In this document: one piece after another, positions 26,676-39,300 of the stretch
Position numbering within the stretch: position 1 is the stretch's first letter
How the letters are laid out: each line of letters begins with the position of its first letter
DNA from: Trichoplax adhaerens
Taxonomy: Eukaryota > Animalia > Placozoa
DNA: 64,000 nt
Direction: 5' to 3'
Assembly (NCBI RefSeq): GCF_000150275.1
Contig: NW_002060964.1
Location: 549,643 to 613,642, forward strand
Program-made: the position numbers and the translations under genes
The notes under the pieces: model-generated
The model's input: the letters and a program-made list of their open reading frames with translations, nothing else
Databases searched by the model: none
What the model was told of the DNA's origin: nothing

Positions 26676-27481
26676 CATCAACAACATTAACTGCCAGTAC
26701 GTCCGTGCATACCGCTTTCGAGGCCACCGAAGTGTGTAGTTTCTGTGAAACTATTGTAGACTATGTCGAGGGCCTTATCAAAATTAATCAAACAGAGGTA
26801 AAAGATCTCAGCTTTTAACATTAAAATGCAACATTTACAGAATAGACTTGATGCTAAAATTGTTTAATCTTTGAATTTAAATTAGAATACGATCTACAAC
26901 GATTTGGCCACTTTGTGCTATATCTTTCCATCTGGAAGCATGAGAACTGATGTACGTATATCTTATTGTAAAGATACGGCTCAAGCAATAGATTTCGTTA
27001 TTTTATCTAATCATGCAGGTTTTTTAACTTTTATGAACTGGGTTCCGAATAGTGTGTCAGTTTTGTGGATAAATACACAAAGTCTGTTTTCCAATTGGTT
27101 AACTCTTCCGTTAAGCCTTCCAGCGTATGCAAGGTATGTATTATTACGTTTCTAAGTGTTTTTTCATCTGATTGTGATTTTGATAATGCATGACTATGTG
27201 CTATTATTGTATAAGCTGCTTGGAGCTTGTAGTAGTAGCCAGGTTGCTGTACGAAAAATGAATTTGTGTCTTCTCGGCTCCGAATTCTGGTGTCGTAATA
27301 AAGTGGCTGCGAGTCAATGCAAGGTGATTGTTGTTGCATGGTTTAGTCATAAAGTTGAATAAGGAGTGTGTTATTGATTTTGAGTCTTAAGGTGATTAAT
27401 TAAATATTTATTCATTAGCCTCAAATAAACCGTATAATATCTCTTTTCGTTTCACAGAGACGAAGTTATTGCCGCCTATAA
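26676..27481 (+). CDS. Additional SapB-SapA cassette (alternative 3' end of copy 4, or a separate single-saposin gene)
   Basis: Five exons (26676-26797, about 26886-26951, 27053-27133, 27216-27323, 27458-27481) with intact splice sites and all Cys: CSFCETIVDYVEGLIKINQTE / LCYIFP / CVSFVDKY..VCK / LLGAC..CLLGSEFWC..QCK / RRSYCRL*. Exon phases match the last five exons of copy 4. Confidence 0.82.
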
Positions 27482-28799
27482 TGCTTTGGATCAGGTTGTA
27501 ATTAGCAATGAATAATTCGCTAATTTAGGACTTACTCAGTAACTTAGAAAACTAATGATAAGCTAATATCTAAGTTAATAACTGATATACTCATTTGAAG
27601 AATTTTGAATTATAGTTTACTACAGTTGCATAGCTGATAAATAGGTCAATGTTAGGATTTATTGATTTGAATCTGTTATTCTGTTATTGACATAAATATG
27701 ATGATAGTCGACTTTTGCACTAATCTAGATAATGCATAGACATGAAGATGGCGTAGTTATGACTTGTTTTGACTACTATTTCGAAATATCGGTTAGCGTG
27801 TCATGGACTAGCGTTAGGTTTTTGAAAGTATATTGTAGACACGCAAAGCAATAAATTTTGTTCATTTATATGTATATATATTGCTGTGTTTGTGTTGGAC
27901 AAGCTTTAGTACCTTCTATCTATCTTTTATACGAATGTCCAATTTTAAGATGAGGTAGTCATGTAAGTAGGTAAAGCTGCAGCAATGATGAATTGCCGAG
28001 GGATACAATACCGAATTTCTTCAATACTTATAATTCATTGGTTGAGATTATGACGCGCGTCGGATTCTATGTGTGAGGGTTATATAATCAATAAGTACAC
28101 CATTCTAAACGATGTTACTCAACTGATTAACAGCGTGTCTTACCTAAATCATGGCACAAACCATCCCTATATCCTGTATTTTAGTGCCCTAGTTAGGCGC
28201 AGACAGACAAAAGCTATTTCAAATATAATCTGAACAGACTAGGTGTACTGCTTTGTGAAACGTCAAGTTGTGTAATCATATAAGAACTGACGCAAAAGTC
28301 AATCAATATTCAGCATCCTCAATTATAAGTATAGCTGCATAATTTTAAACAGTGAAGGCAAAATGATGATCATTTCAGGCTTGAAAAGTTATGTGGTCCA
28401 AATTAGTGTAATGACTACTAGTTAATCCTATGCTAAAGTATTTCTGTAACATTAATTGATAAGAATAGTTACCAACGTCAGTACAGAAGAGAAGGATTTC
28501 TATTAGTAAAGAGACCTCATCTTAATTGTGTTAACGTCAGCAACCTTATCTAATAAGATAATCACTAATGTATAATATGCAATGTGTACTACGAATCACT
28601 AATGCATAAGATCGTTGTATATAAGCCAAGTTTTTACTTATTATAGTCTAGTTCCTCTATCTCTGGTCTTGACACTGATCTCCCAACAAACGTAATAAAA
28701 TAGCCTATTATTATCTAACAACGTTTAAATTACTGTGAATTTTATTACAATTCCATAATGGAAGTTCCCTACACTCACAGAATATTGCAACAGTGCTTC

Positions 28800-30045
28800 A
28801 AATCTCCAGCCTAATTTTGATTGGTATTGGGTGCTATTTACGATAACTTTTAATAACTTATTTGCAATTAGAAAATAAAATGTGCACTATTAGTATTCGT
28901 CGATTAGATCTATCATTCTGAATAGGTTGGGGGAAGTTAATGCATTGTGAGATATTCTCCTATATCAGATTGTAATCTCGCACAAATTGGAGAATGAAAT
29001 GGGTTTTTCTAAGGCTATGACCTGATTTTGATTGCTTATAGCTTGATATTAAATTGAAATTTATAATGGCTTATTTACAACTGAGAAATGTATATATATA
29101 TGTATACTTTAACTTGTATCGACCACATCTGCAATTTGTATAGGTCAGAGTAGTCAATAATAAGTCGGGGAACTGTAACAGCTTCAGCTAATTACAGTAG
29201 GCTTAAGAACCCATTCACCAAAGGAATGAAATGAGTTGCTCTAATCCTACAATCTAATTTGGATTGGTCTTACTTAAAAATACATAATGCTTTTTCAATA
29301 ACTCGTTTGTAATTAGAAAACGTGAACCTTACCGTGCATCAACTAGATCTGTAATCCTGTATAGGTCAAATTAGTTATACACTAGAGGTGCAGTCCAATA
29401 TCAGACTACAATCTTACATGAGTTGGGACTGAAATGAGTTGCTCTAGCACTATAATCTAATTTGGATTGATCCCATTTAATACTGAATAATACACTTTAA
29501 TAACTTATTTACAATTAGAAAATATGTACCTTAGCGTGTGTCGACCAGATCTGTCATTCGGTATGAATCAGAGAAGTTAATAAATTGTGAGACATAGTCC
29601 AATATCTATATTATGAGCTTGTATAAAAGGGAATGAAATGAATTTTTTTAAACCTATACCCTAATTTTAGGGTTAGGGTTAGGGCTTTGAGTTGTAATTC
29701 CTTGATAATTTAATATAAATTTCGAATAATTTGCATTTTAGCGTTCATCACGATGCTAGATTTCTAATTCTGTACAGGCCAGATTAGTTGATAAATTTTG
29801 AGATACAAACCGGTATCAGACTACAATCTCCCATGAGTTGGAAAAGAAATAAGTTGCTCTAATACTATAACCTAATCTTGAATATAAGGTTTCAATAAAT
29901 TGTTTACAATTAGAAAAAATGGGTCGATTTTAGCTTAAATCGTCTAGTGTTGTTATTCTGTATAGGCCAAGAAAGTTGATAAGCTGTGAGATGTGGTCCA
30001 ATATCCGATGATTATGTTGTATAAATCGGAAAAATAAAATGATTG
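28800..30045. repeat. Degenerate tandem repeat, about 210 bp unit, containing an internal (TTAGGG)3
   Basis: Recurrent taacttatttacaattagaaaa..tcgac.agatct..tctgtataggtca..gttaataa..gagat..tccaatatcagactacaatct..gaaatgagttgctcta. TTAGGG x3 at 29667-29684. Confidence 0.75.
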
Positions 30046-31049
30046 GCATCTTATCTGTCGTGAATTACTATATGATTATATGCCTGATCAAATGATTTGA
30101 TCACCCAAAGATATATCCGTAACATTAAAAAAAGTGACCATCTCATGAAATTTGGTTTAACTGTAAAGCAAAGTATAGCAAAACCCTTTAGATGCGAAAG
30201 GGTATTTCTGATTATACAAGCACAGTACATTATAATTATTCAACTCTAAATTATGTTTTCTATTAAAAATTAATAGTCATCTACCTTGTCAAGTGAATTT
30301 TAATGACCTGGATGTACTCAAACAAGAAGTAAAAATTACTGTCTTTTAGAATTTTGTCTAATTGCAAATTTAAGTTTGACTCATCACTTTAAATACAAGT
30401 ACAAGGAGACATTCCATAGTGCTACATAAATTTCACAGTGAATAATGATCAATCAACTTTAGATTTTGTCTCATGAGAGATCAACAGCTGATGCTTTCAT
30501 CACCAAAATATTTTATGGTATACATATATAGATCAATATCATATTTCAATTTAGCAAGAGAGTCTGCACCTACAGCGATATTTTTCTTATTCTGCATAAT
30601 TGGTAAACTAAGAGGAAGAAACAAAGTCCTACTGGAGTTGTTTTGCATATATACTAAAACAAAAAATTCATTGTTTTAATCCTGCTATAATCATAATAAA
30701 ACAAGATTTTGTTTTACTTATTTGACCTTGTGTTAACAGCATGAGATTTAAAAGCTAAATCTCTTATTTCATGTTCATCTTGCTAAGCTCAAATTGGCAG
30801 CTGAGAAAAATAAAGGGTATCTTTCTTTTCCATATATTGTATCTTGTAAGATAGAATTCATATAATAAAACAGCTAGTCTATCAAATTCCTAGGAGAACT
30901 GTTTAACTGTGTAGCTACGTGATATCAACTTGTTGATAGCTATAAATAACATGTTTATGCATAGAGTGCACAAAATAGGAACCATTTGTCAACAGCTTAC
31001 CAAGAATTGATAAGTAAATCAATCCATTGAATCAATAAAGCTATTCTCT

Positions 31050-32200
31050 ATCTAATTTATATCTAGCGGCAGTTCTCTCTTTAAAATATCCATTTTTATT
31101 CGATACAGAAACGGCTATAGTCTAATTGCTAGAGTAAATTACTCTTTCTTCTTTAGCCCTTAATAAAATATTGTTGACATGACCAGTAATTTAATCTATA
31201 CAATATAATGCCATCCTTTATCCAATTTATTTCTACCCAGTGCTCCCTCTTCAAACTATCTACAGTACTGATATTCCAAATATAAATAGCCCAGCATGAT
31301 CGTTAAAATAAGTCAGTATTTCTTCTTCAGCTCTTGATAAAATATTAATGACATGACTAGTAATTTAATCCGTAAAGCCATCTATCGCCTATCCAGCCTA
31401 TTTCTACCTGTAGTTCTCTCTCCAAAATATCCGCTGATGGTTAAACATATGCCTCTTTTTTCCGCCCTTGATGAGATATTGCTGATGTGACCGGTAATTT
31501 GATTCCTTTCCTATCAAATCTATTCTACCCAATGTCCTCTCTTCAAAATATTTATTCGATATTCAAAGCATTCATATTTACAATATCATCGCTAGAATAG
31601 ATTACTCTTTCTTCTTCGGCCCTTGATGAAATATTATTGATATAACCAATAACGTAATCTATAGGCCAGTAATAATTTCAACTAATTACAGTAGTTATGT
31701 ATTAGGAAAATACAAAGATAGTACAGTATATAGGGTTAAAAACCTATATACTACAAGATCCATTCACCCATCTAATTTATTTTTATCAAGCTTCATCTCT
31801 TCAAATATTCATTTGATATTCATAACATACAGTAAACAGCCTCAGGATGATCGTGAGTGTAAATCGCTCTTTCTTCTACGGCCCTTGGTGAACTATTGCT
31901 GATTTGACCAGTAATTCAATCCGTCCCCCTGAGTAATTTATTTCTACTAGGAGCCCTCTCATTAAAATATCCATTGATATTCAAAATATAAACAGCCACA
32001 GCATGATCATTAAAGTAATTCGCTCTTCCTCCTACGACCTCGATGAAATATTGCTGATATAGTTAGTAATTTAATCCATACACCTAATTAATTTAATTTT
32101 ACCCGGAGTCCTGGTTTTTAAAATATCCATTGATATTCAAACTCAAGCAGCTATAGCATAGTTGTTCCAGTTCATTGCTCTCCCTTCTACCTCCTTGATG
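31050..32200. repeat. Degenerate tandem repeat, about 140-160 bp unit
   Basis: Recurrent ctctttcttct.cggcccttgatgaaatattgctgatatgaccagtaatttaatc..tatttctacc..ctctcttcaaaatatcc. Confidence 0.75.
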
Positions 32201-34809
32201 AAGTACTACTGCTCTAAAACAGATTTCCTTGATGATATTGTATGATTTATGAATAATGCTAAAAGTTTAGTCTATCCGTTCTACTTTTAAACACAAATAT
32301 TTCTACCTAGAAATGAATTTTGGCGTACTCCAGTATACTACTGCAGCGATCGCTGATTAATAGAGCATGGACATACTATCATGTGGCATATATTAGCTTG
32401 ATTAATCTACCTGTCTATCACTCCTTCTTCCGCCCTCCTTGATGAACTATTACTACCTCTAAATAAACTTCTTTATGATACTGTATAATCCATGAATAGA
32501 GCTAAAGGCTTAGATCTATCCACTCGACTTAGAACATGAGTTTTTCTTTCTAGAAACAAATTTTAGCGTACTACAGTATGTTACTGTAGTGATAGTTGAT
32601 GGATATAGTATGAATATACTGTCAAGTGGTCTACATTAGCCTGCCCAATCTGTCAATCTATATGTTAATTTTTCATAGCCGCAGTTGGGAATATTCTTGT
32701 GGCAATAATCCATCTTTTATTTCTATATCCCATACCCACTTGCTACTAGCATGGCCTATCAAAGTTCATGTTGGTAAAAACTTTTTCCTGATGATGTCAT
32801 CGTAGCAAATAAAACTTTAGGCCCCAGCTACGCGTAAAATTCATTATTAATATCAAGAAGTAAGGCGTAATGATTAAAAGCCTTGATCATTTGGATCATT
32901 TTTGATCAGTTTAAATTTTAGGCCCCAGCTACGCGTATAATTCACCATTGATAACAGCAAGTAAAGTAGAACAATTAAAAACCTTCCTAAAACCAATTAA
33001 TTAATGCTGAACATAAGCTAGTTCATGAAATCATTTTAGGTAATTTGAGGGGGTTTCTAAAGTCCTGTTAGTCAATCTCGTTAATCATGTCTAAGTTGAT
33101 TCTAATGAAGCATTTTTGATACGAAATAACAGAATATTATTTTTGCTCTTAATTTGGGACTTTAGCCGGCTATTATTGCATATACAGTATTACGCATAAT
33201 AGCTGGGATCCAATTTTGGACCATCGATATCGAGTCTACAGTATTCTACCCCACTTTACTTTAAAAGGCTTTGATTGAATCGTAAGGAGAAGGCATCAGC
33301 AATACCTCTGATCATTTTTTAGTATTACGTTCTTTTAGAACTAATTTGAAACTCTACAACACTAGTAGCGTATTATTTAAATCTCATAGTTACATTATTA
33401 GCCGGCCTTTGAAACTCTATAATAAGCACTGTAATGTGATAATTAAATTGTATCATCTGCCGTGCCAATTTAGAAATCTACGACTAAAATGCCGTCAAAT
33501 CACATGCTTTATATTGCTAACTTGAGCCTCTACCACCACCAAAGTAATAACCATTACCTAAAAGAACTGTAAATCAAAGTTGGAGCAGCCAATTTCGGAA
33601 TTTTTATTGGTACAAATCTTCCAACTAGACACATATCTTTAACTGTCTTCTTGACTATACGTATATCCTTTATAGGAGTTTATGCAGTCGAATTGACGTA
33701 AACCTGCTATACTATCCTTCGTCCATGGTTGAAAATGCATTTTATAGGTCTGTTATAACTAGAGTAATCCTTTCCTTGGGCATTCTGGAGCCAATAACCT
33801 ACAAAGTCTGTTAATATCGACGCTATCTATACTAAAATTGACTTCAGCATTCCGTATCGTATCACTTGAGAAAAATTGATCAGAATCTCAATGATACTAT
33901 TCCAGAATGTTATGAATTGGATCATTTCTAGAGGGAATAGGAAGCATCCAGACTGCATCCATGGATTGATTTCGATCTCCGAAATCATCAAATTCTAGAA
34001 CAATCTGCCGGCATCTTAACTATCTAGCCTACATTATATTTATCCCTTATTAGACATTCTACCACCTATCTAAAAACTGTAAAAACATTGGAGGGTATCT
34101 AAACTGTCTACAGTATGCTATAGCCATCTTACGACTGAGGTATCTATCCTCCGCTGCCTTCTCCATGTTATCCATAGTTATCCATCATTCGTATCACCAC
34201 GTTTTTATCATCACGATTTCATCAAAATATTAGCTGAAATTGGATACTCTAACTAGCAAAGATCATTGATAGCATAACTTCACATGTCTTCTAACCCCAA
34301 TAAATAACCTGATCAACTGGATTTCCCTATAACATAAACAAATTTGAAAAAATAAAATTATTATTGTAAACGAATGCTTTGACGCATGAGTGAATTTAAT
34401 GACGTGAAGAAGTGGCCATTGAGTGATCTACCGGCTTACACCAGGAATCAAACGGACAAGCCGTTTTGTATCTTTAAAGCTTTATTTTGCCTTTTCTAAT
34501 GTAGACAGACTGCTATATCAAGCCAAAAAGAAAGCTTTTCTACTGTACCATAGATTAATGGAAAATTTAAATTAAATTTGTCACCATAGCAATATAGGCA
34601 GACAGACAGATCAGCCATTGAATCAAGAATGACAAAGAAGACAAATTCAACCTGTTTAGCTCCTAAAGCGATAATATTGCTTCTAATAAAAGCCTTTAGC
34701 TTCTAATGAAAGCCATATGCCTATAGGGGGAAAGACGGACAAAGCGTTGTCTACAGGAAAATAGATCAATTAGAGATGGGAACGTGTTATTTTAGTTACA
34801 GTTTCTGAC

Positions 34810-35455
34810 ACGATTTTTTCGCAATTTTCGGATGTGTAAAGTATCTCGTTGAATGAATTCTAGCAAGTTTGGGGCCATTTCTAAGTCACCACTATCACCA
34901 GCCCTATCAAAGTCTTGATTTTCGTGTAAAGTATTCACCTGAACGAATCTCATCACATTTGTAGTCCTTTCTAACTCACAATTATCATCACCACATCAAA
35001 ATCGTGATTTTCCAATGTGTAAAGGATCCAATTAAACGAATCTCAGCAAGTTTATCGTCCGTTCTAGCTCGCAACTAATATCACCACATCAAAATCTTGA
35101 TTTGTCAAAGCGTAAAGTATCCAATTAAACGAATCTCATCAAGTCCGTTCTAACTCACAACTATCATCACCACATCAAATCTTGATTTTCCGATAAATAA
35201 AATATCAAGTTGATCGTCCTTTCCAACTCACAAGTATTATACTATCATATCAAAATCTTCATTTTTTTGCGAGAGATATAGTATCAAATTCAATCAATCT
35301 TATCAAGTCTATGATCATTCTAACTCCACAAGTAATTTCACGACATTAAAACTTTAATCAACAGATGTGGAAAGTATCAATTTGAACGATTGTCATCAAG
35401 TTTATCGTCATTTCTAACCCCACAAGTATGATCATGACATCAAAATCTTGATTCA
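34810..35455. repeat. Minisatellite, about 75-90 bp unit, upstream of the ENT gene
   Basis: Recurrent aaagtatccaattaaacgaatctcatcaagt..gtccgttctaactcacaactatcatcaccacatcaaaatcttgattt, about 7-8 copies. Confidence 0.85.
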
Positions 35456-36361
35456 ATAGACCAAGTTGGGAAATCATTCTACGTAGAATAATAAAGGATT
35501 GCTACATGAACGATTACTTTATGATGAAGGAAGAATATTGATTGATTGTAAACTACACGTATACCGCAGTCTTGGTTATTATTTTAATCGTTGTAAAGGG
35601 TAAATAAATATTCGGTTAAACGTGTGAGCTGCAATCTGGTTGTACACCATGATCTGGTAAATATTATTTTATATATTCGATTCTAGATAGACGAGACAAG
35701 AAGTAGACAACGAAAGGAAGACAAGCGACTGTCAAAACTTTGATTCTTCGTTCACAGAGATTGAAATTATTCCGTTTTAAATCGCTCAAAGTCATTTTTG
35801 TCAACCTACTGGAAGAAACGAAAAACTTCGCCAAATTCGTACGTCAATTCAAACTTAATAAAGGCGTTGAAATAGATCAACATTGATGGTTTATTTTAAT
35901 AAGGTAATTTTTATTAATCAATGAGTTTATTCTGAGTCATCATCTCCATGGCATAACCAAGTATATACAGGTGCCCGACAAGAACGCTAACAGAACAAGT
36001 ATAAATAACTCACTTATAAGCTGGAGAATACTCATTTGAGAGGACGTTATTACGAATTAACCAATCTTCATCGTTGCTTATCCAAGACTGTTGACCAACT
36101 TAATTTTATGTCGCCTGGACGGTACTAATTGGAGACAGACAATATCTTTCTACTTCCTTATTTCTATGTTGCTTTGCATTTTCTTACCTCAATAAGACTG
36201 AATATAAATAGTCAGTCAAAAAAGAAGATTGGATTAACGATCCTTGTTGATACTATATTTAAAGAGAAATCATCATCCGAGTAAGTTTTAGAGTGGATTC
36301 TTATCCAACCAAGAAATTGAATTATCCTTGTAGTAAAGAAAGCCATCATCTAAAAGTCTCT

Positions 36362-39300
36362 ATGGGTAAAGAGGACATTGATCTCAATACCATGAATATT
36401 ACCGTTGCAGCTCACAAAAGCTATCCTTCATCAGAAAGTTTAAAGGAACCTCCAATCGACCAAAATGAATTAATGGCTGCAGCATCCATTGCTGGATCAT
36501 TGGATCTACATTATGAGGATGAATTTACTTTATCAACAAATTTCCATGTAAGAGAAAACTTGAAAGTTGTTTAACCACATGTTACACGATATTTATATTT
36601 GTACTGATTTGAAATTGCGCTTGATGATGGGTTAGAATGGAGTTTCCTACCCATCGGCAGCCTTCTCGGTGGATGATATCGAAGCAGCGAAGAAAAGAAC
36701 ATTGCGAGCATCAAATCCAACCATTTTAATTGGCGAAAATGGCCTAGATTCCTTGCCATCTCTCAAGACGACCCAAAATAAGAAGAAAATAGACAGGCCA
36801 AAGTCGATCGCAGTCAATGATGAAGAGGATAAGGACAGGTTAGAATGAAAATGCATCCTAGGCTAATCTAATTTCCATTGACTTTATGTTCCAACATGAA
36901 CTTGATATCCAACCGGCGTCCTGACGGCCCATCTCGGTATCCTTCTTTTATCCTCTATTTAAATTTAAATACTTTATCATTGAGATATCATGGATAGGAT
37001 TCATTTCCTTGGTATCCCTAGGTATTGCATGGTTAACTATTGTAGTCTTGCCATTTGTCTTGAACAGGTCTATCCTACCTTGACCGATCCTATAGGCTTA
37101 AGTCTTGTTCCATCTTTTTCTTTTTATTCGTTTACATTAATTATGCTGTGACCCCGAAATTAATCAGAGTTCATGGTTGACATCATGATTCTCAGTAGGA
37201 ATTCGTAAAGGGGATCAAAGTGACAGCTATGTTAATTAAAGTAAACATAAATGGACCAGATTCTTCCCAATTTTTCTATCACATGCCCGGCTTAGACCAT
37301 ATCTTGCTCCTTTTCTATCTTCTTTCTTGTACTCGGCTCCATGGAGCCTTAATCCGCAAAAATAAATCCATAGGGCTGATATCAATCTCGGCAAGAAATT
37401 TGCTTCAATGGAATGCGCGATAGCTATACATAGTAAAGTTTGCTTTAATTTACATCACCAGATTTTGAATGTCTTCAAGCAGAATCATGACATCCATGCT
37501 CATTAACCTTAAGCGAAATGATTCCTTATCCTCCTCCACTTAAACTTAGCCTTAACTTATGTCACGAGTTTTAAATATTTTTAAACGGTATCAATGACAG
37601 CTATGCTAATTCAACTTTAAGCGAAATGATTCGCTATCCTCCCCAGCTTAAAGTTAGTCTAAACTTATGTCACGAGTTTTAAATGCTTTTAAACACTATT
37701 AATGACAGCTATGCTAATTCAATTTAAATAAATTGACGAAATAATTCCTTATCACCCTCAGTTTAAAGGTAGCTCTAATTTATGCCACGAGTTTTAAATG
37801 CTTTAAGCAGTATAAATGGCAGCTATGCTAATTCAACTTAAATAAATTGACGAAATAATTCTTTATCACTCTCAGTTTGAAGTTAGCCTTAACTTATGTT
37901 ACGAGTTTTAAATGCTTTTAAACGGTGTCAATCACAGTCATGCTAATTAAACTTACACGAAATGATTCTCTATCCTCCTCAGCTTAAAGTTAGCCTTAAT
38001 TTATGTCACGAGTTTTAAATACTTTTAGATGGTATCAATGACAGCTATGCAAATTCAACTTAAATAAATTGACGAAATAATTCCTTATCCTCCTCAGCTT
38101 GACATTAAGGCAATCTGTAGTACATTGCATAAGCTCGACGCATACTGTAGAATAGTATTATTTCTACTAGTAATTTTTCATTTTGGTAGTTAGCAACTTG
38201 ACCACTTTTTTTACTGCTTGTAGAGCAATTCTATATTTCATGCAACGCCGCATCAAATAGTATTTCAGTATTGTGATCTACACTTATTGAGTAAAATAAA
38301 TATTGAACTAGGGTCATTAGCTTAGCATAAAAGTAAATCCTAATTACCAATTCATCTTATGCTATGATTAAAGTTAACCTACTTGCTCCATCTCCATAAC
38401 CAAGAGGGTAAACTATAGCTTCATAGATAGACTTACGTTAGCATTGTTTAAATAGCTCTAAATCAGACATTAATAGAACTAATGAAAACTTGAGTAAATT
38501 CACATATGTATGCTTACTAATTGAACATATCAAAAGAATACATTGAATGCGAAATTAATTTAGCCCCATTAGCTGGCATTAATTTCGCTAAAAATTTTAA
38601 AAAAGGTTATTCCATTTTTACTGCACAGTCCCAACTATTCTTTTAAACTTCATGGTTATGAATTCAACATATCATCCTGGTCAAATTTGAACACTAAGTG
38701 GAGTTAATTTCATAGGCCGATATCAAACTTTTAATCTATGCGTAAAAACGTGACGCTAAATTTATTTAAATTATTCCGTTTATTTTCATTACAAAAATTT
38801 GCATATCATCCAGCTGGTACTGATTAACGTAGCTTAAAATTTAACTGATGTATTTTGGTGAATAATTTCCCTTAATCAAGGTAAATTAATCTTAGCCTTA
38901 CGTATATCATCCCTGTTGCTAGAATAGATAAATCTAGATTTGCGTGAAATACGTGCATACTACAGCTGTTCATATCCTGAGCTGAGCTGGTTTAAAATTG
39001 ACGATATCGAATCTAATCCATCGTTCAATTTTCGTGATCTACAGTACTTGATTGAGTTAAGGCCAGTCTGAAATCGACCGCAATGTTAAGCCCATAATAA
39101 TTTGTATCAAATTATTGCCATTAATAACCCATATAAATAACTTATAATCGTATTAAATATTCGATAGACAGATATCCTGAACCTAAAGGTTTTATCATTA
39201 CTAACATCAATATTTTCATTCTCTTTTAATGATAATTAGGTATAATTTAGGCTATTTTATCCTCTTCCTCTTTGGCATGACCACCTTATTGCCATGGTAT

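Noticed and set aside
34810-38100. Regular repeats as CRISPR arrays
   Set aside because: Eukaryotic intron-containing context, head-to-tail degenerate units without unique spacers, and no cas genes.
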